From a virus, in the IMG/VR virus record IMGVR_UViG_3300010373_000040, positions 1-64,000 of that record: a stretch of DNA of 64,000 nt. One strand, 5' to 3'. The position numbers and the translations under genes are program-made. Shown here piece after piece: positions 21,114 to 31,088 of this stretch. Each line of letters starts with the position of its first letter. Positions within the stretch are counted from its first letter, which is position 1. The notes below the pieces were generated by a model. The model worked only from the letters and a program-made list of their open reading frames with translations. It ran no database searches and was not told the origin of the DNA.

Positions 21114-21379
21114 AAATCTTTCTTTAATTTCTCAATATCTTTACTAGCTTTCTCTAGGATAGTATTCAAAGACTTCATAATAGCATCTTTTTTTATTCTA
21201 GGATTATTACCTTGAATGATTGTTTGTAAAACTCTTTCATAAAATCTAATATCTTCAGGATTTAGAGCATCTGCTAATCTTTCATTAGCATCTTTGATAA
21301 ACATTTTATAGGTATAATGTCCTCTCTTATCTGTCATAACTTGTCCAAGTATTATGATTGAATTTATGAATTTTATCAT
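21110..21379 (-). CDS. Hypothetical protein (start likely 21337)
   Basis: Coupled ORF. Confidence 0.55.
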   Translation of the reverse strand: MIKFINSIIILGQVMTDKRGHYTYKMFIKDANERLADALNPEDIRFYERVLQTIIQGNNPRIKKDAIMKSLNTILEKASKDIEKLKKDL

Positions 21380-21845
21380 CTTTAAATGCTAGATCACCAT
21401 TGATTGGCTTATTAGTACTTAATCTAAATAGGTCATTTCCGTCAATTTCAGATGCTTTTACTAAACGTCTATAAGCTTCTAGTTTTACACCTACACATAG
21501 ATTGAAATAGATAAAAGTATCTTTAATTTCCATTATTTCTGCTATTGTATCTTCATCATGATCTAAGTATCTCAAAGCTTCTGGTAATGTTGTACTACTT
21601 CTTAATACTTTGTTAAGTTTCTTCTCTTCAGATTTTAACCATGTTTGTACATCACATTTAATATCAGTAGTGATACCCATTACCCCTTTGCATCTATTAC
21701 ATGTCTTATAAATAAAACCTTTCTTAGACTTCTGTAGTCTCTTCCAATAAGATTCTTCAGGATGAATGTTGTTACATGATGGACAAACAGCATCTGTGTT
21801 ACAGACAGTAACCATAGCTCCTCCAATAATCTCTAGTCTACTCAT
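21327..21845 (-). CDS. Zn-ribbon-containing hypothetical protein
   Basis: CPSC..CNRC pairs. Confidence 0.6.
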   Translation of the reverse strand: MSRLEIIGGAMVTVCNTDAVCPSCNNIHPEESYWKRLQKSKKGFIYKTCNRCKGVMGITTDIKCDVQTWLKSEEKKLNKVLRSSTTLPEALRYLDHDEDTIAEIMEIKDTFIYFNLCVGVKLEAYRRLVKASEIDGNDLFRLSTNKPINGDLAFKDDKIHKFNHNTWTSYDR

Positions 21846-21913
21846 AGTTAAACTTTAAAATGAAAGGAGGGAGATTTCTCTCCACTCCCACTGTTCACCT
21901 CTAAACAGCAATG

Positions 21914-22177
21914 TTATAGTAATTTATTCTTAAATTCCTCTAGAGAAGTCTTCTCAAAAATGGTCTTTAAAAATGCAATTTTATCTCTAGATTCCCAAGA
22001 GTCTGATGATAATACTTCTTCATAAATAGGGTCCTTAATAGGTACAATATTTAAATCAGGATTATCTTCAATAGCTTGTACTATTTTGAAAGCTTCGTCA
22101 TTATCACAAAATTCAATAAAGTCTAGCACATCCTCTAGCTCTATTTCTACACTTTTATCTTTACTTACGCTTGACAT
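21914..22177 (-). CDS. Hypothetical acidic protein
   Basis: 87 aa ORF directly after the polymerase. Confidence 0.6.
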   Translation of the reverse strand: MSSVSKDKSVEIELEDVLDFIEFCDNDEAFKIVQAIEDNPDLNIVPIKDPIYEEVLSSDSWESRDKIAFLKTIFEKTSLEEFKNKLL

Positions 22178-22178
22178 A

Positions 22179-24098
22179 TTAAAACAGGTTTAATTGTTCT
22201 TTTTCAATTCCCCTCATAATCTCTCTCGCTTCATGTACATAATATTCGTAATTTATCCTGTAGTCACTCATAGACTTCTCCACATAATCATTAAATATAA
22301 TCACTCCAGAATCCTTTAAAAGATGCTCCATAGTCTTTCCATCTCCAGACTTATACAGATACCCAGCTTCTAATCCTTTAGCAGCATAGAACCTGTTAGT
22401 CTTGTTCAGGACCTTACCATTGTGATAAGCTTTGAAGGGCTTTTTGGTCTTCTTTGAAACTCCCATTCTCTCTGACATGCAGAAATCATAGATATTTTTA
22501 TGATTTAAGATATAGTCTTCCAGTTTGGTTCCTTTAATAAAGTACTCAAAGAGGGCTTGTTTAACTACAGGGTATTTATATCCTTTAAGGAGAGACAGCT
22601 CTTTTTCAAAGAATCCTTTCCTTTTGACTACCAACTCTCCCTTATATAGCTTGTTTACGCCCTTCTTATCACACTTTACACTTAGATAGGAGTTAATATC
22701 TCTCCTGATCATCTTGCTGTAGAACTCCTCATCTAAAGTCATTCTGGAGTCTATTTCCCATTGTTTACAAATAGAATCAAAGAGCTCCTGCTGATCTTCT
22801 GGATAAAATACTTCCACAGAATCTGTGTTCATGCTAATAGGTGTAAATCCAGCCATTATAAATCTCTCCATCAGCATAGAAAGAAGTAACTGACCATTTA
22901 TAGTCACCTGATAGAACTCTCTAACCCCGTATACAGGAGAGTATATGGAGTTTAATTGACCAAATACAGCATTGAGTGAAAGTTTATTTAATTCTGCAGT
23001 AAACTCATCTCCTTGCATCTTAGCTTTAATCCTTTGATCTCTTTTGTTAGAATAGATTTTATTCCATTCAGCTTTCAGATGTGGAGGACATAGTTCATAT
23101 TTATCTATGATGCTTGGGTAAAATGAATTTACGTCTTTACTAACAAACTTCCAGCCTTTTGGAGGTACTATCACTTCAGCAACTCCTCTGTCCGCATGAG
23201 CCCCTCCTAATCCATACTTACAAACTAGACCTTTAGGATGTATAAGCTTATATACAAATCTATCCTTTTTAGGCATCTTCATAATCCTCTCAAATGTCAT
23301 AGTGTTATAAGCATCTAAAACATTTTGAAATTCTTTAGTTTGGAACTTTATATTAGGGAAAATACACTCTGAAAGAGTCAAGTTTCCTAGATAGGTGTAT
23401 TTAAGCTTTTCAGGCAGTTTCTTAGCAGGTTTCCTATTGTTGTATAGGAACCTTTCTTTAAACTCCTTATGTCCTGTAACCTTAGTATACTCCTGCATCA
23501 ATAGTGCCACTCCAATATTAACACCATCCATACTTCTAGTATCTATAGAGGTAATTTCATTAATCTTCTCTCTATTCTCAAAATCCTTCTTCTTTAGCTT
23601 ACAGACATGCTTCAATGATTCAACATCATTAATACAATATTCTATACACTTGTCAAAGTCTTCTAAGGGTAGAGGTGCATCCCAATCTACTTCAAACTCC
23701 TGTACCTTGTGCCATTGTGTAATGACCTGTAGATGCTTCAATGACACTCTAAGAGCAGATGAAGCAAGCATAGTCATTACATCAATGGAATCAAAGGTTT
23801 TACCATACTTCCAAGGTTTATAGTATTCATAGTCCTTGTCTATAACAGCTTTTGATAAAAGGTACAATTGTTCATTAGTAGCATCAGGATTCTTTAAGAG
23901 ATAATTTAGAATGATGTCATCATAGCCTGACCCATTATAGTTCACAAGAACATAGTTAGCAGCTATAGTTTGAATCATCTTTATATCATTTCTTCTCTCA
24001 CTGATTTCACAAACTATAGTTTTGTCAGAATCCATATCTTGGAATACCTTACAGAAGAAGTTTGGGAGCACCTCAGAATCTTCTACTACTTTTTTCAT
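22179..24098 (-). CDS. polB: Family B DNA polymerase with 3'-5' exonuclease
   Basis: ExoI DSEV, ExoII YNGSGYD, ExoIII YCIND; motif A DVNSFYPS, motif B KLSLNAVFG, motif C MNTDS. Confidence 0.92.
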   Translation of the reverse strand: MKKVVEDSEVLPNFFCKVFQDMDSDKTIVCEISERRNDIKMIQTIAANYVLVNYNGSGYDDIILNYLLKNPDATNEQLYLLSKAVIDKDYEYYKPWKYGKTFDSIDVMTMLASSALRVSLKHLQVITQWHKVQEFEVDWDAPLPLEDFDKCIEYCINDVESLKHVCKLKKKDFENREKINEITSIDTRSMDGVNIGVALLMQEYTKVTGHKEFKERFLYNNRKPAKKLPEKLKYTYLGNLTLSECIFPNIKFQTKEFQNVLDAYNTMTFERIMKMPKKDRFVYKLIHPKGLVCKYGLGGAHADRGVAEVIVPPKGWKFVSKDVNSFYPSIIDKYELCPPHLKAEWNKIYSNKRDQRIKAKMQGDEFTAELNKLSLNAVFGQLNSIYSPVYGVREFYQVTINGQLLLSMLMERFIMAGFTPISMNTDSVEVFYPEDQQELFDSICKQWEIDSRMTLDEEFYSKMIRRDINSYLSVKCDKKGVNKLYKGELVVKRKGFFEKELSLLKGYKYPVVKQALFEYFIKGTKLEDYILNHKNIYDFCMSERMGVSKKTKKPFKAYHNGKVLNKTNRFYAAKGLEAGYLYKSGDGKTMEHLLKDSGVIIFNDYVEKSMSDYRINYEYYVHEAREIMRGIEKEQLNLF

Positions 24099-24952
24099 TA
24101 GTTATTTCTTTCATTAACTACTAGCTCATCTGAAGCTTCATCACCCCATTTAGATACTACTAAATATCCTCCAGCCACAGGTTGTAATACAATAGGATCT
24201 GGAATATCTTTTAAACGATAACCATCTAATTGCATTTTAGTTGTATCCATATCTTTAATAGGAGCACAGATTTTTAGACCTTGTTGTACTAAATTATAAT
24301 GAAATTCTCCTCTTCTGTTATCATCAGGATAACCATAAAATCTGAAAAATCCTCTGTTTTTATACTCACTTACTCCCATTTGAAAAGCTTTCTTTTTTGT
24401 TTTCTTATGAAAGAAGTGGTAATAACCTCCTTCTATTTTAATTTCATATTCTTCAGCATCAAATATAAGTTTTTTATCATCACCAATTCCTCCCGTTCCA
24501 ATCCAAATATTAAATTTATACTTTTCTTTAAATTTAGAAATTTCTTTTAAGTTTTCTTTAGGAACAAATCCTTTGTATAAAGATACATCGCCACACACAA
24601 GACTGTATTTCTTACAAATCTCGCCAACCATATCTTCAGTAATGAATTTATTATTGGGATATTTAAAAGAATATTCGTGTATAAGCTTTGCAGTTTGTTC
24701 AGCTAAAACTTTTTTGGTTTTGACCTCTTCTACTGCTTTAGCTTGAGGTGTTTGAGTAAAACCAAGACTAGCTAACAATTCTCCTTTTGCTAAATCTTTG
24801 GTTTTACAATCTTCTAAAACAGCTAAAGCTTCTTTTAAGAGAGTTTCTCCAGCTATATTAAATTCATTATGGATTTGCTCAATTTCAGGAGCATATTTAG
24901 ATGCGGAAACTAATTTAATTTCATCATTTTTCTTGAATAGTTTTTCAAACAT
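24098..24952 (-). CDS. Hypothetical protein
   Basis: 284 aa; C-terminal DPIVLQPVAGGYLVVSKWGDEAS. Confidence 0.7.
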   Translation of the reverse strand: MFEKLFKKNDEIKLVSASKYAPEIEQIHNEFNIAGETLLKEALAVLEDCKTKDLAKGELLASLGFTQTPQAKAVEEVKTKKVLAEQTAKLIHEYSFKYPNNKFITEDMVGEICKKYSLVCGDVSLYKGFVPKENLKEISKFKEKYKFNIWIGTGGIGDDKKLIFDAEEYEIKIEGGYYHFFHKKTKKKAFQMGVSEYKNRGFFRFYGYPDDNRRGEFHYNLVQQGLKICAPIKDMDTTKMQLDGYRLKDIPDPIVLQPVAGGYLVVSKWGDEASDELVVNERNN

Positions 24953-24983
24953 AATATTAGGGTTTAGGTGTGTTTACTATTTG

Positions 24984-25235
24984 TTATTCTCCATAACTCT
25001 CCCATTTCTGGGTTTTAATTTCATCTGATATTTCACCAGCATTATGATTATTCTCAATCCATGTATAGATAGCTGAGAGATCACGCACAGTAGCTGTAGA
25101 CTCAATTGGAATATCACCATTGATAGTATTGATCCAAATATCTAATTCTCCATTAACTACAGATAGATCATAATCTACCAAGTATTCATCATCCTCTGTT
25201 CCAAGAATGGTATTTACAAAATTAAGCTTGCTCAT
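24984..25235 (-). CDS. Hypothetical protein
   Basis: 83 aa in operon. Confidence 0.55.
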   Translation of the reverse strand: MSKLNFVNTILGTEDDEYLVDYDLSVVNGELDIWINTINGDIPIESTATVRDLSAIYTWIENNHNAGEISDEIKTQKWESYGE

Positions 25236-25238
25236 AGT

Positions 25239-25436
25239 TTATTGTTTAGATAGATTTTCTAGAACTTCTTTAGCAGTTTTAAATATTGCTTGCCTCTCCT
25301 CTTCAGTTAAAGAAAGCCCTTTTAGATAAGTGTGAATATCATGAATCTTATCTACTACTGAGGACTCATAGTATCCAAATAAACCATGTTTCATTTCAGC
25401 CTCCTCATCTCTATCAAAATTGATTATTATTCCCAT
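25239..25436 (-). CDS. Hypothetical protein
   Basis: 65 aa in operon. Confidence 0.55.
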   Translation of the reverse strand: MGIIINFDRDEEAEMKHGLFGYYESSVVDKIHDIHTYLKGLSLTEEERQAIFKTAKEVLENLSKQ

Positions 25437-25437
25437 A

Positions 25438-25590
25438 TTAGTAAAAGATTATTTTATGTTGAACTCCTTTTTTATCTACAGCATATCCAGCATTGAAATT
25501 CTGTTTATACTTGCAAAGTTGAGCAGGATGTTGTCCTACTGCTACTTTAATTTGATCTTTGGTTCCTTTGAAAGTGCTGTATAGGCTCAT
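25438..25590 (-). CDS. Small hypothetical protein (50 aa, not in ORF track)
   Basis: ATGA overlap with the upstream stop; MSLYSTFKGTKDQIK...; fills the gap exactly. Confidence 0.55.
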   Translation of the reverse strand: MSLYSTFKGTKDQIKVAVGQHPAQLCKYKQNFNAGYAVDKKGVQHKIIFY

Positions 25591-25994
25591 ATTCCTAGCT
25601 GAGACATGAGCTTTTTAAGCTCTGATTTATTTTTGATTCTACCCATGAAGACAGTATTGTTATTAGGAGATACTATTGAGCTAATCTCACCATGATTTAA
25701 TTCAAAGTAGTCTCTTACTATAAACTTATCTGATTTCGGAGGATAATAAAGATACCTAGTATCAAATCCTGATATTTCATCTCCTATCCATCCTAAACTT
25801 TCAATACACTCTCTGGATAGATATTTAACTCTGAACATTTCAGGATTATCTCTCAGGTTTTCAAATACTCTCTCAATTCTATTATTGTCTAGAACAAAAG
25901 GTTTCCATGTAGTGCCTCCAGTTAGGAATTGAAATTCAAAGCCTAGATGGAACTCCTCTGAAGTTGGCGTGTAATACTTTTCTTTAATATTCAT
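25587..25994 (-). CDS. Hypothetical protein
   Basis: 135 aa; YYTP..EEFH.GFE..RVKYL..IKNKSELKKLM. Confidence 0.65.
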   Translation of the reverse strand: MNIKEKYYTPTSEEFHLGFEFQFLTGGTTWKPFVLDNNRIERVFENLRDNPEMFRVKYLSRECIESLGWIGDEISGFDTRYLYYPPKSDKFIVRDYFELNHGEISSIVSPNNNTVFMGRIKNKSELKKLMSQLGI

Positions 25995-26406
25995 AAGTTA
26001 CATTTTTAAGAACTGTTATTTGAACGCCACAATTTTCCCTACTAACTTCATATCCTAAGAAATGAGGCTTGACATAAGTCATACAATCATCAGGAAGCCA
26101 ACCATGCTCCTGCATTAGATCTAGTGGTGCTTGGCAAATGTTAACATAGTCGAACTTCCTCTTATCTTTTCTGATAAAATAAAACCCAATGTGATACGGA
26201 GGATCTAAACCTTCAAGCATCTTTAGGAATTTCTCTCTGTTAATATTCCAGAGTAGAAAAGTATTTTTCTTATAGTCTAATGTAAGTTTAGATGATATAA
26301 GTCTCTTACCAACAATCCGTTTTGAGTTTTTTTGTGATGGAGTTGAAAGAGGGATAAAGATACTATTCTGCATAATAAGGCATGTAATAATAGTGAAGAA
26401 CCTCAA
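25984..26406 (-). CDS. rusA: RusA-like Holliday junction resolvase (start likely 26373)
   Basis: PSQKN, RKFDYVN..PLDLMQ..WLPDD catalytic Asp pattern. Confidence 0.75.
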   Translation of the reverse strand: MRFFTIITCLIMQNSIFIPLSTPSQKNSKRIVGKRLISSKLTLDYKKNTFLLWNINREKFLKMLEGLDPPYHIGFYFIRKDKRKFDYVNICQAPLDLMQEHGWLPDDCMTYVKPHFLGYEVSRENCGVQITVLKNVTYEY

Positions 26407-26466
26407 ACCAATGAGATTTATTTCTAGTGAGAAAGTAGATCAGAGAATGTTTCATAATTCTATACC

Positions 26467-26892
26467 TCATAATCTTCTATGTTCAAAACATTCCTGAGTT
26501 TCTAACTGACAATTTCCTGGAATAAAAGAAACAGGTTTATTGAACTTACTGCAATCACCATAGCTTATAAGACAAGATTTGTCAAATTCAAAATGATAAT
26601 TGTTAGCTATTCTCAACAGAGATATTCTACTCTTCTCTTCAGGATGATTTAAAGCATCATCTATTAGTTTAGCTTTAGTCTCACCAAAAGAAATCATCTG
26701 TAACCACCTATTCCATTCTTTCCACACATCAAAGTTAGCTAGATCTCTAACCATGTGCTTACAGTTAGTGCAGTTACAATCTAATAACTCCAACTCTATG
26801 CAAGGTTTGAATGTTACATCAATCTTAGGTCTTTCAGTATCACTGATCTCCCAATATCTTTTGTAATATTCTTTTTGAGTTTCTTCTCTCAT
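26467..26892 (-). CDS. Cys-rich hypothetical protein
   Basis: DCNCTNCKH..GDCSK..CQ..CFEHR. Confidence 0.65.
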   Translation of the reverse strand: MREETQKEYYKRYWEISDTERPKIDVTFKPCIELELLDCNCTNCKHMVRDLANFDVWKEWNRWLQMISFGETKAKLIDDALNHPEEKSRISLLRIANNYHFEFDKSCLISYGDCSKFNKPVSFIPGNCQLETQECFEHRRL

Positions 26893-27104
26893 TTCTTAGT
26901 CTTAATATAAACAATGGCATTATTGATTTCCTCTAGCTGAATCCTAAGATCATCTTTAATCTTACAAGCCATCTCAAACCCACTTTCAATCTCTATCTTA
27001 ACTTTCTCTAGAGGTTCTAATAAATGAGAGCCATCTACTTTTTCTGATATTACAAAGTTGTTAAACTCTTGTTTCCAATTTTTCCGTAGTTCCATATTAT
27101 TCAA
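26889..27104 (-). CDS. Hypothetical protein
   Basis: 71 aa, coupled. Confidence 0.55.
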   Translation of the reverse strand: MNNMELRKNWKQEFNNFVISEKVDGSHLLEPLEKVKIEIESGFEMACKIKDDLRIQLEEINNAIVYIKTKK

Positions 27105-27546
27105 TAGTTAATTCTTCTTTAGTCAAAGCATAATATAAATTCTGTAACTCATGGACATATCTATAATTACTAGGAATATAAATAGTGTCATAATCCATAG
27201 CCACATTCATCATATACTCATCTCCAGTAAATAATAAAGCAGTACCGTTTTCTAGAGTTATTCTTAAAGCTCCTCCATCAAAGTCTTTTGTGTAGAAGTC
27301 ATAAGGCTCATTGAAAGTGTAAACTTTTGGTTTATACTTCACAAACCCAAACTTAGTTAACCATTCTTCTGTAATAACAATAGGTATCACAAGTTCCAAA
27401 TCCATTGTACATTCTCCTAATCCATACCAATCTCTAGCATCCCATTGAAAATCAAAACAATCTTCAATATTCTTATCACTTCTATAAGACCAGCCTATAT
27501 TATGATGGAACCAGTTACCAATTCTTATTTCTTTTTCATCAATCAT
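27097..27546 (-). CDS. Hypothetical protein
   Basis: EIRIGNW..PIVITEEWL.KFGF..YVHELQNLYYALT pattern. Confidence 0.7.
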   Translation of the reverse strand: MIDEKEIRIGNWFHHNIGWSYRSDKNIEDCFDFQWDARDWYGLGECTMDLELVIPIVITEEWLTKFGFVKYKPKVYTFNEPYDFYTKDFDGGALRITLENGTALLFTGDEYMMNVAMDYDTIYIPSNYRYVHELQNLYYALTKEELTIE

Positions 27547-28514
27547 AATCCTAATTGTTCTAATATTTTCATTGATTCTTCAGGTCCATACAGGTAAGCA
27601 AAATCTGAGAGATCCTTACATTCAGTATTTAAAGGCATACTTACAAATGGTATTTGATATTGATCATAGTACTTATTCATTGTAGCTAATCCTGCAATAT
27701 CACTATCTAGAAAGCTTACTATTCTTTTGAATCTACCCTTAATATTATCTACTAAAGGTTGTGATAAGTTAGTTGTTTCTGAGCATAAAGCAAAGGCATC
27801 ATAACCAAATTCTCGTAGTAAACAAACATCTTTGTAAGCTTTAGAGATGATCAACAAATCTCCTGTGAAAGGTAACTGTGTCCAGCCCTGAATATCCGTA
27901 ATTCTACAATTACTAATCCACTTAGCTTTTGGATTAAGTGGTTGATAGATCTTGTAATTAGAACCTATCAAATACCTTATTACAGGACTCTTATCACTAT
28001 AGACTGAATAGAGCTTATCATTCAACCAAACCTCCTTAGCGGCTCTTATATTATATAATTCTAGGGTCTTCTTAGATATGCAGAAACTATTCCAATATTC
28101 ATAGAAACTCTCAGGGTCCTTGTCAAATAACACCACTTCAATTTTAGCAGGTTTTGATGGCTTGTACACAAAAGACTGGATAGGAGTATTAGTTAGAGGA
28201 AAGTTATTATAGACTAATGCTACCGCCTCCTTATAATTTATACAATTAAAATCTGATACCATTTGTATAGCATCACCTGATTTTCCAGAACTAAAGCAAT
28301 GATACCTCAATCTCTCTTTAACTTGGATAAAACAAAAGCTAGGATTACTGTCTTTAGTATAAGGGGATTTGTATTTTTTCCTTAACTCAGGATAATAACC
28401 CAGTATTCTAAAGTAAATATCCAAATCTGATATATAATCATATATGGAGCCATTGGGGTACTTACTATTAGGATATTTATTAGTCTGCTCCTTAGCATTC
28501 TCAAAGTTTAGCAT
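27543..28514 (-). CDS. DNA primase (DnaG-like, TOPRIM)
   Basis: SPYTKDSNPSF..YHCFSSGKSGD Zn-finger-like region; KAYKD, FLDSDIAG (DxD), KDLSD. Confidence 0.85.
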   Translation of the reverse strand: MLNFENAKEQTNKYPNSKYPNGSIYDYISDLDIYFRILGYYPELRKKYKSPYTKDSNPSFCFIQVKERLRYHCFSSGKSGDAIQMVSDFNCINYKEAVALVYNNFPLTNTPIQSFVYKPSKPAKIEVVLFDKDPESFYEYWNSFCISKKTLELYNIRAAKEVWLNDKLYSVYSDKSPVIRYLIGSNYKIYQPLNPKAKWISNCRITDIQGWTQLPFTGDLLIISKAYKDVCLLREFGYDAFALCSETTNLSQPLVDNIKGRFKRIVSFLDSDIAGLATMNKYYDQYQIPFVSMPLNTECKDLSDFAYLYGPEESMKILEQLGL

Positions 28515-28519
28515 AGGCA

Positions 28520-28554
28520 GAAAATAAAGCCCTAGAAGTAATTCTCCTAGGGCT
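28520..28554 (-). terminator. Intrinsic terminator/attenuator after the SSB gene
   Basis: agccctag..ctagggct hairpin followed by UUUAUUUUC on the - strand. Confidence 0.65.
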
Positions 28555-28589
28555 ATTGTTATTATAAACTATTGATAATCAACTAGTTA

Positions 28590-29225
28590 TCAGAAAGGCA
28601 AATCTGTAGTTTCATCTTCACTACTTGCAGCTTTCTCTACAGGTCCAGAAGGAACATCTAAAGTAGCTTCTGATTTAGCGTTGTACTTAATCTGAGACTT
28701 CTCAAAAGGAACATCAGCAGGCTCACAAATTACAGAATTATAGTAACCTGCAAGGTTAACGTGTTTCTTTGTTTTATCAGCAATGAACTTCATTCTAGTA
28801 AATCTACCTACTAAGGGCTGTAGCTTAACAGCAAGTTGTTCCATGCTAATATCACCCCAGCTTCTAATACTCTTCTCTGTAGCTTCTAAAGCAGCACTAG
28901 AAGAGATGTTTTTAAGGATGGTGAAGAATCTATTAAGTTGATCCTCATTCTGAGGAGTAAGCAAACCAATAACATTCTTAGCTCCTACGCAATCTACTCC
29001 AGCAAGCGTTTTAGTAGTCTCTACTTCAATAAGAAGTTGTTCAATAGAATAGTGTCTAGGACCTTCTTTAAGAGTCTCACCAAGTACTGAATCACCTACA
29101 GGTTGGTAAGCAATTCTTAGCACTTTTACATTATGGATACCAGTGGTAAACTTAATGAATTTAGTGAAGTTAGAATTTTCATTAACTACGTTCTCTTGTT
29201 GTTTGGCATCTTTAAAATTCAGCAT
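28590..29225 (-). CDS. Single-stranded DNA-binding protein candidate
   Basis: Acidic tail ending DLPF; lies between AAA ATPase and primase. Confidence 0.65.
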   Translation of the reverse strand: MLNFKDAKQQENVVNENSNFTKFIKFTTGIHNVKVLRIAYQPVGDSVLGETLKEGPRHYSIEQLLIEVETTKTLAGVDCVGAKNVIGLLTPQNEDQLNRFFTILKNISSSAALEATEKSIRSWGDISMEQLAVKLQPLVGRFTRMKFIADKTKKHVNLAGYYNSVICEPADVPFEKSQIKYNAKSEATLDVPSGPVEKAASSEDETTDLPF

Positions 29226-29248
29226 ATTATATTTGGTTTAGGATTTAC

Positions 29249-29980
29249 TTATTTAGTTGTTGTAGGTTTTACTTCTGTGATTCCATAGTATTGTCTAATT
29301 GTACTATCTACCAGAGATAGGCTATTTGGTATTAAAAACTCTTGGAACATTCCTAATGGAGTTTTTGACGAGGATTTATTCTTCTTAGTCTCAAACCTAA
29401 ATAGGTTATCCCCATTTAAGCCGGATTCTATATTAGTGAATAAAACAATAGGCATCAAGCTTTCAGGGAAGATCTTTTTCAATTTCTTACCTGTTGTAGC
29501 TAACACTTTTTCAGTAGTCCCATCCACATTATCTACAAGTTCCACATGACCAAATAGATAGGCAATTTGATCAGGTCTGAGCTTAGTATTACATAAGTCT
29601 ACTAATTCAATAATATCAAGAGCCATGTCTTTCCATTGATCATGAGTCATTTTCTTTCTATCATTAAACTCTTTGAAAGTCAAATAACTATTTAACGTAT
29701 CAAAAGCAATAGATTTGAATTTAGGTGTTTTAGCTACATGTTCTAAGCATTTAAGAGCTATATCATAGCTATCAGTAGACACATAATTACCTTTTTCTTT
29801 GCTCCATCTTCCACCAGGGAAAGGGAGTGTCTTTTTATCAAAATTAATGATAAAATGTGTTTCAGGGTCCATCCCCTTATAGCCCTCTGGAGTAAAATCA
29901 AAACCTCCATCAGGATTCACTATTGTACTTGTTGTTTTTCCATCTCCAGAACTTCCGAAGATTCCGCAAATTACGCCCAT
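29249..29980 (-). CDS. AAA_24/Sak4-like P-loop ATPase
   Basis: Walker A GSSGDGKTT, IAFDT, terminal KTPLGMF..IPNSL. Confidence 0.82.
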   Translation of the reverse strand: MGVICGIFGSSGDGKTTSTIVNPDGGFDFTPEGYKGMDPETHFIINFDKKTLPFPGGRWSKEKGNYVSTDSYDIALKCLEHVAKTPKFKSIAFDTLNSYLTFKEFNDRKKMTHDQWKDMALDIIELVDLCNTKLRPDQIAYLFGHVELVDNVDGTTEKVLATTGKKLKKIFPESLMPIVLFTNIESGLNGDNLFRFETKKNKSSSKTPLGMFQEFLIPNSLSLVDSTIRQYYGITEVKPTTTK

Positions 29981-29987
29981 TTTTACT

Positions 29988-31088
29988 TTATTTTAAGTTA
30001 GTTATTCTATTATACATATCGTCTGTCATTAAATCAGGTCTAGGAATTTCAAAGAATAGCGAGCTTTCTCCCAAATATCCATAACCTGCAGCTATGTTAG
30101 AAGCCCCCCATCTATTCTTCATTATCCCAATAATCCTAACTCTATCCTTCAATCTCTCCACATCATACCCCATGAACTCCTTAATCCCATAGTTATGTGG
30201 TGCAAACCCATAAATTACATAATCAGAAGACTCATAGAGATTACCTGTGCCTTTTAGATCAGAGGCTTGGGGAAGTAAGAGATCATAGTTCCTATTCTTT
30301 TCTGATTTACCATGCATGTTCCTTTCTGCATTGTCCAAGGACCTATTAAGCTGGGAGAGTACTGTAAAACTGGCTCCAAATCTATTTCTACCATATACAG
30401 CTTTCTCACAGAATAGGTCTATTTTAGCTTTACTAGTAGTGGCATCCTTTTCTTGCTTAATACAATCAGAGTGATCTAGCATAAAGTTTCTGACAGCTTT
30501 AGGGTTATTAGGGATATACTTTGATCTCTTAGCATTCTCTTTGGAGCATTCTAATCCATTTTCATCAAAATATATCAAATATCCTTCTCCCATCATTACT
30601 TCCTGAACTTTCTTTGAAATACCTGTAGGATTAGTAGGCTCTTCTATAAACTCTACCATATCGTCAAGTCTCTCAAAGTAGCCTCTGTATCCTGAGATAA
30701 GTTTATAGAGCTCATCATTGAGTCTATTTTTAGCATTTCTGGTAGCAATAATATCAGGAGGAACAACAAGTTTATGATCTTTAAATAACTTCAAAGATAT
30801 AAGCTTTAACAAAACAGAAACTTTATCAATCTCCATTGTGTAAAATATGCATTTGTAGTCTATATCAGGTTCCTTCAACATGTGCTCATAGGGAGAGTAG
30901 ATATAGGAGTACAAAGCCATACTCGTCTTCCCCACGCCACTACCCATAGCAAGTGTGGTAAACTTCTTAGGTTGTATATTAGGAATAAAACTTGAGAGTT
31001 TAGTAAGACCAAAGTCTACTCCAGTGTTCAACCCTTCTCTACCTCTATCTATCTCTTCTAAAGCATCATCAAATGTACTTCTTCCCAT
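29988..31088 (-). CDS. dnaB: Replicative DnaB-like helicase
   Basis: GSGVGKT, FYTME, MLDH, LSQLNR, KNRWG. Confidence 0.88.
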   Translation of the reverse strand: MGRSTFDDALEEIDRGREGLNTGVDFGLTKLSSFIPNIQPKKFTTLAMGSGVGKTSMALYSYIYSPYEHMLKEPDIDYKCIFYTMEIDKVSVLLKLISLKLFKDHKLVVPPDIIATRNAKNRLNDELYKLISGYRGYFERLDDMVEFIEEPTNPTGISKKVQEVMMGEGYLIYFDENGLECSKENAKRSKYIPNNPKAVRNFMLDHSDCIKQEKDATTSKAKIDLFCEKAVYGRNRFGASFTVLSQLNRSLDNAERNMHGKSEKNRNYDLLLPQASDLKGTGNLYESSDYVIYGFAPHNYGIKEFMGYDVERLKDRVRIIGIMKNRWGASNIAAGYGYLGESSLFFEIPRPDLMTDDMYNRITNLK

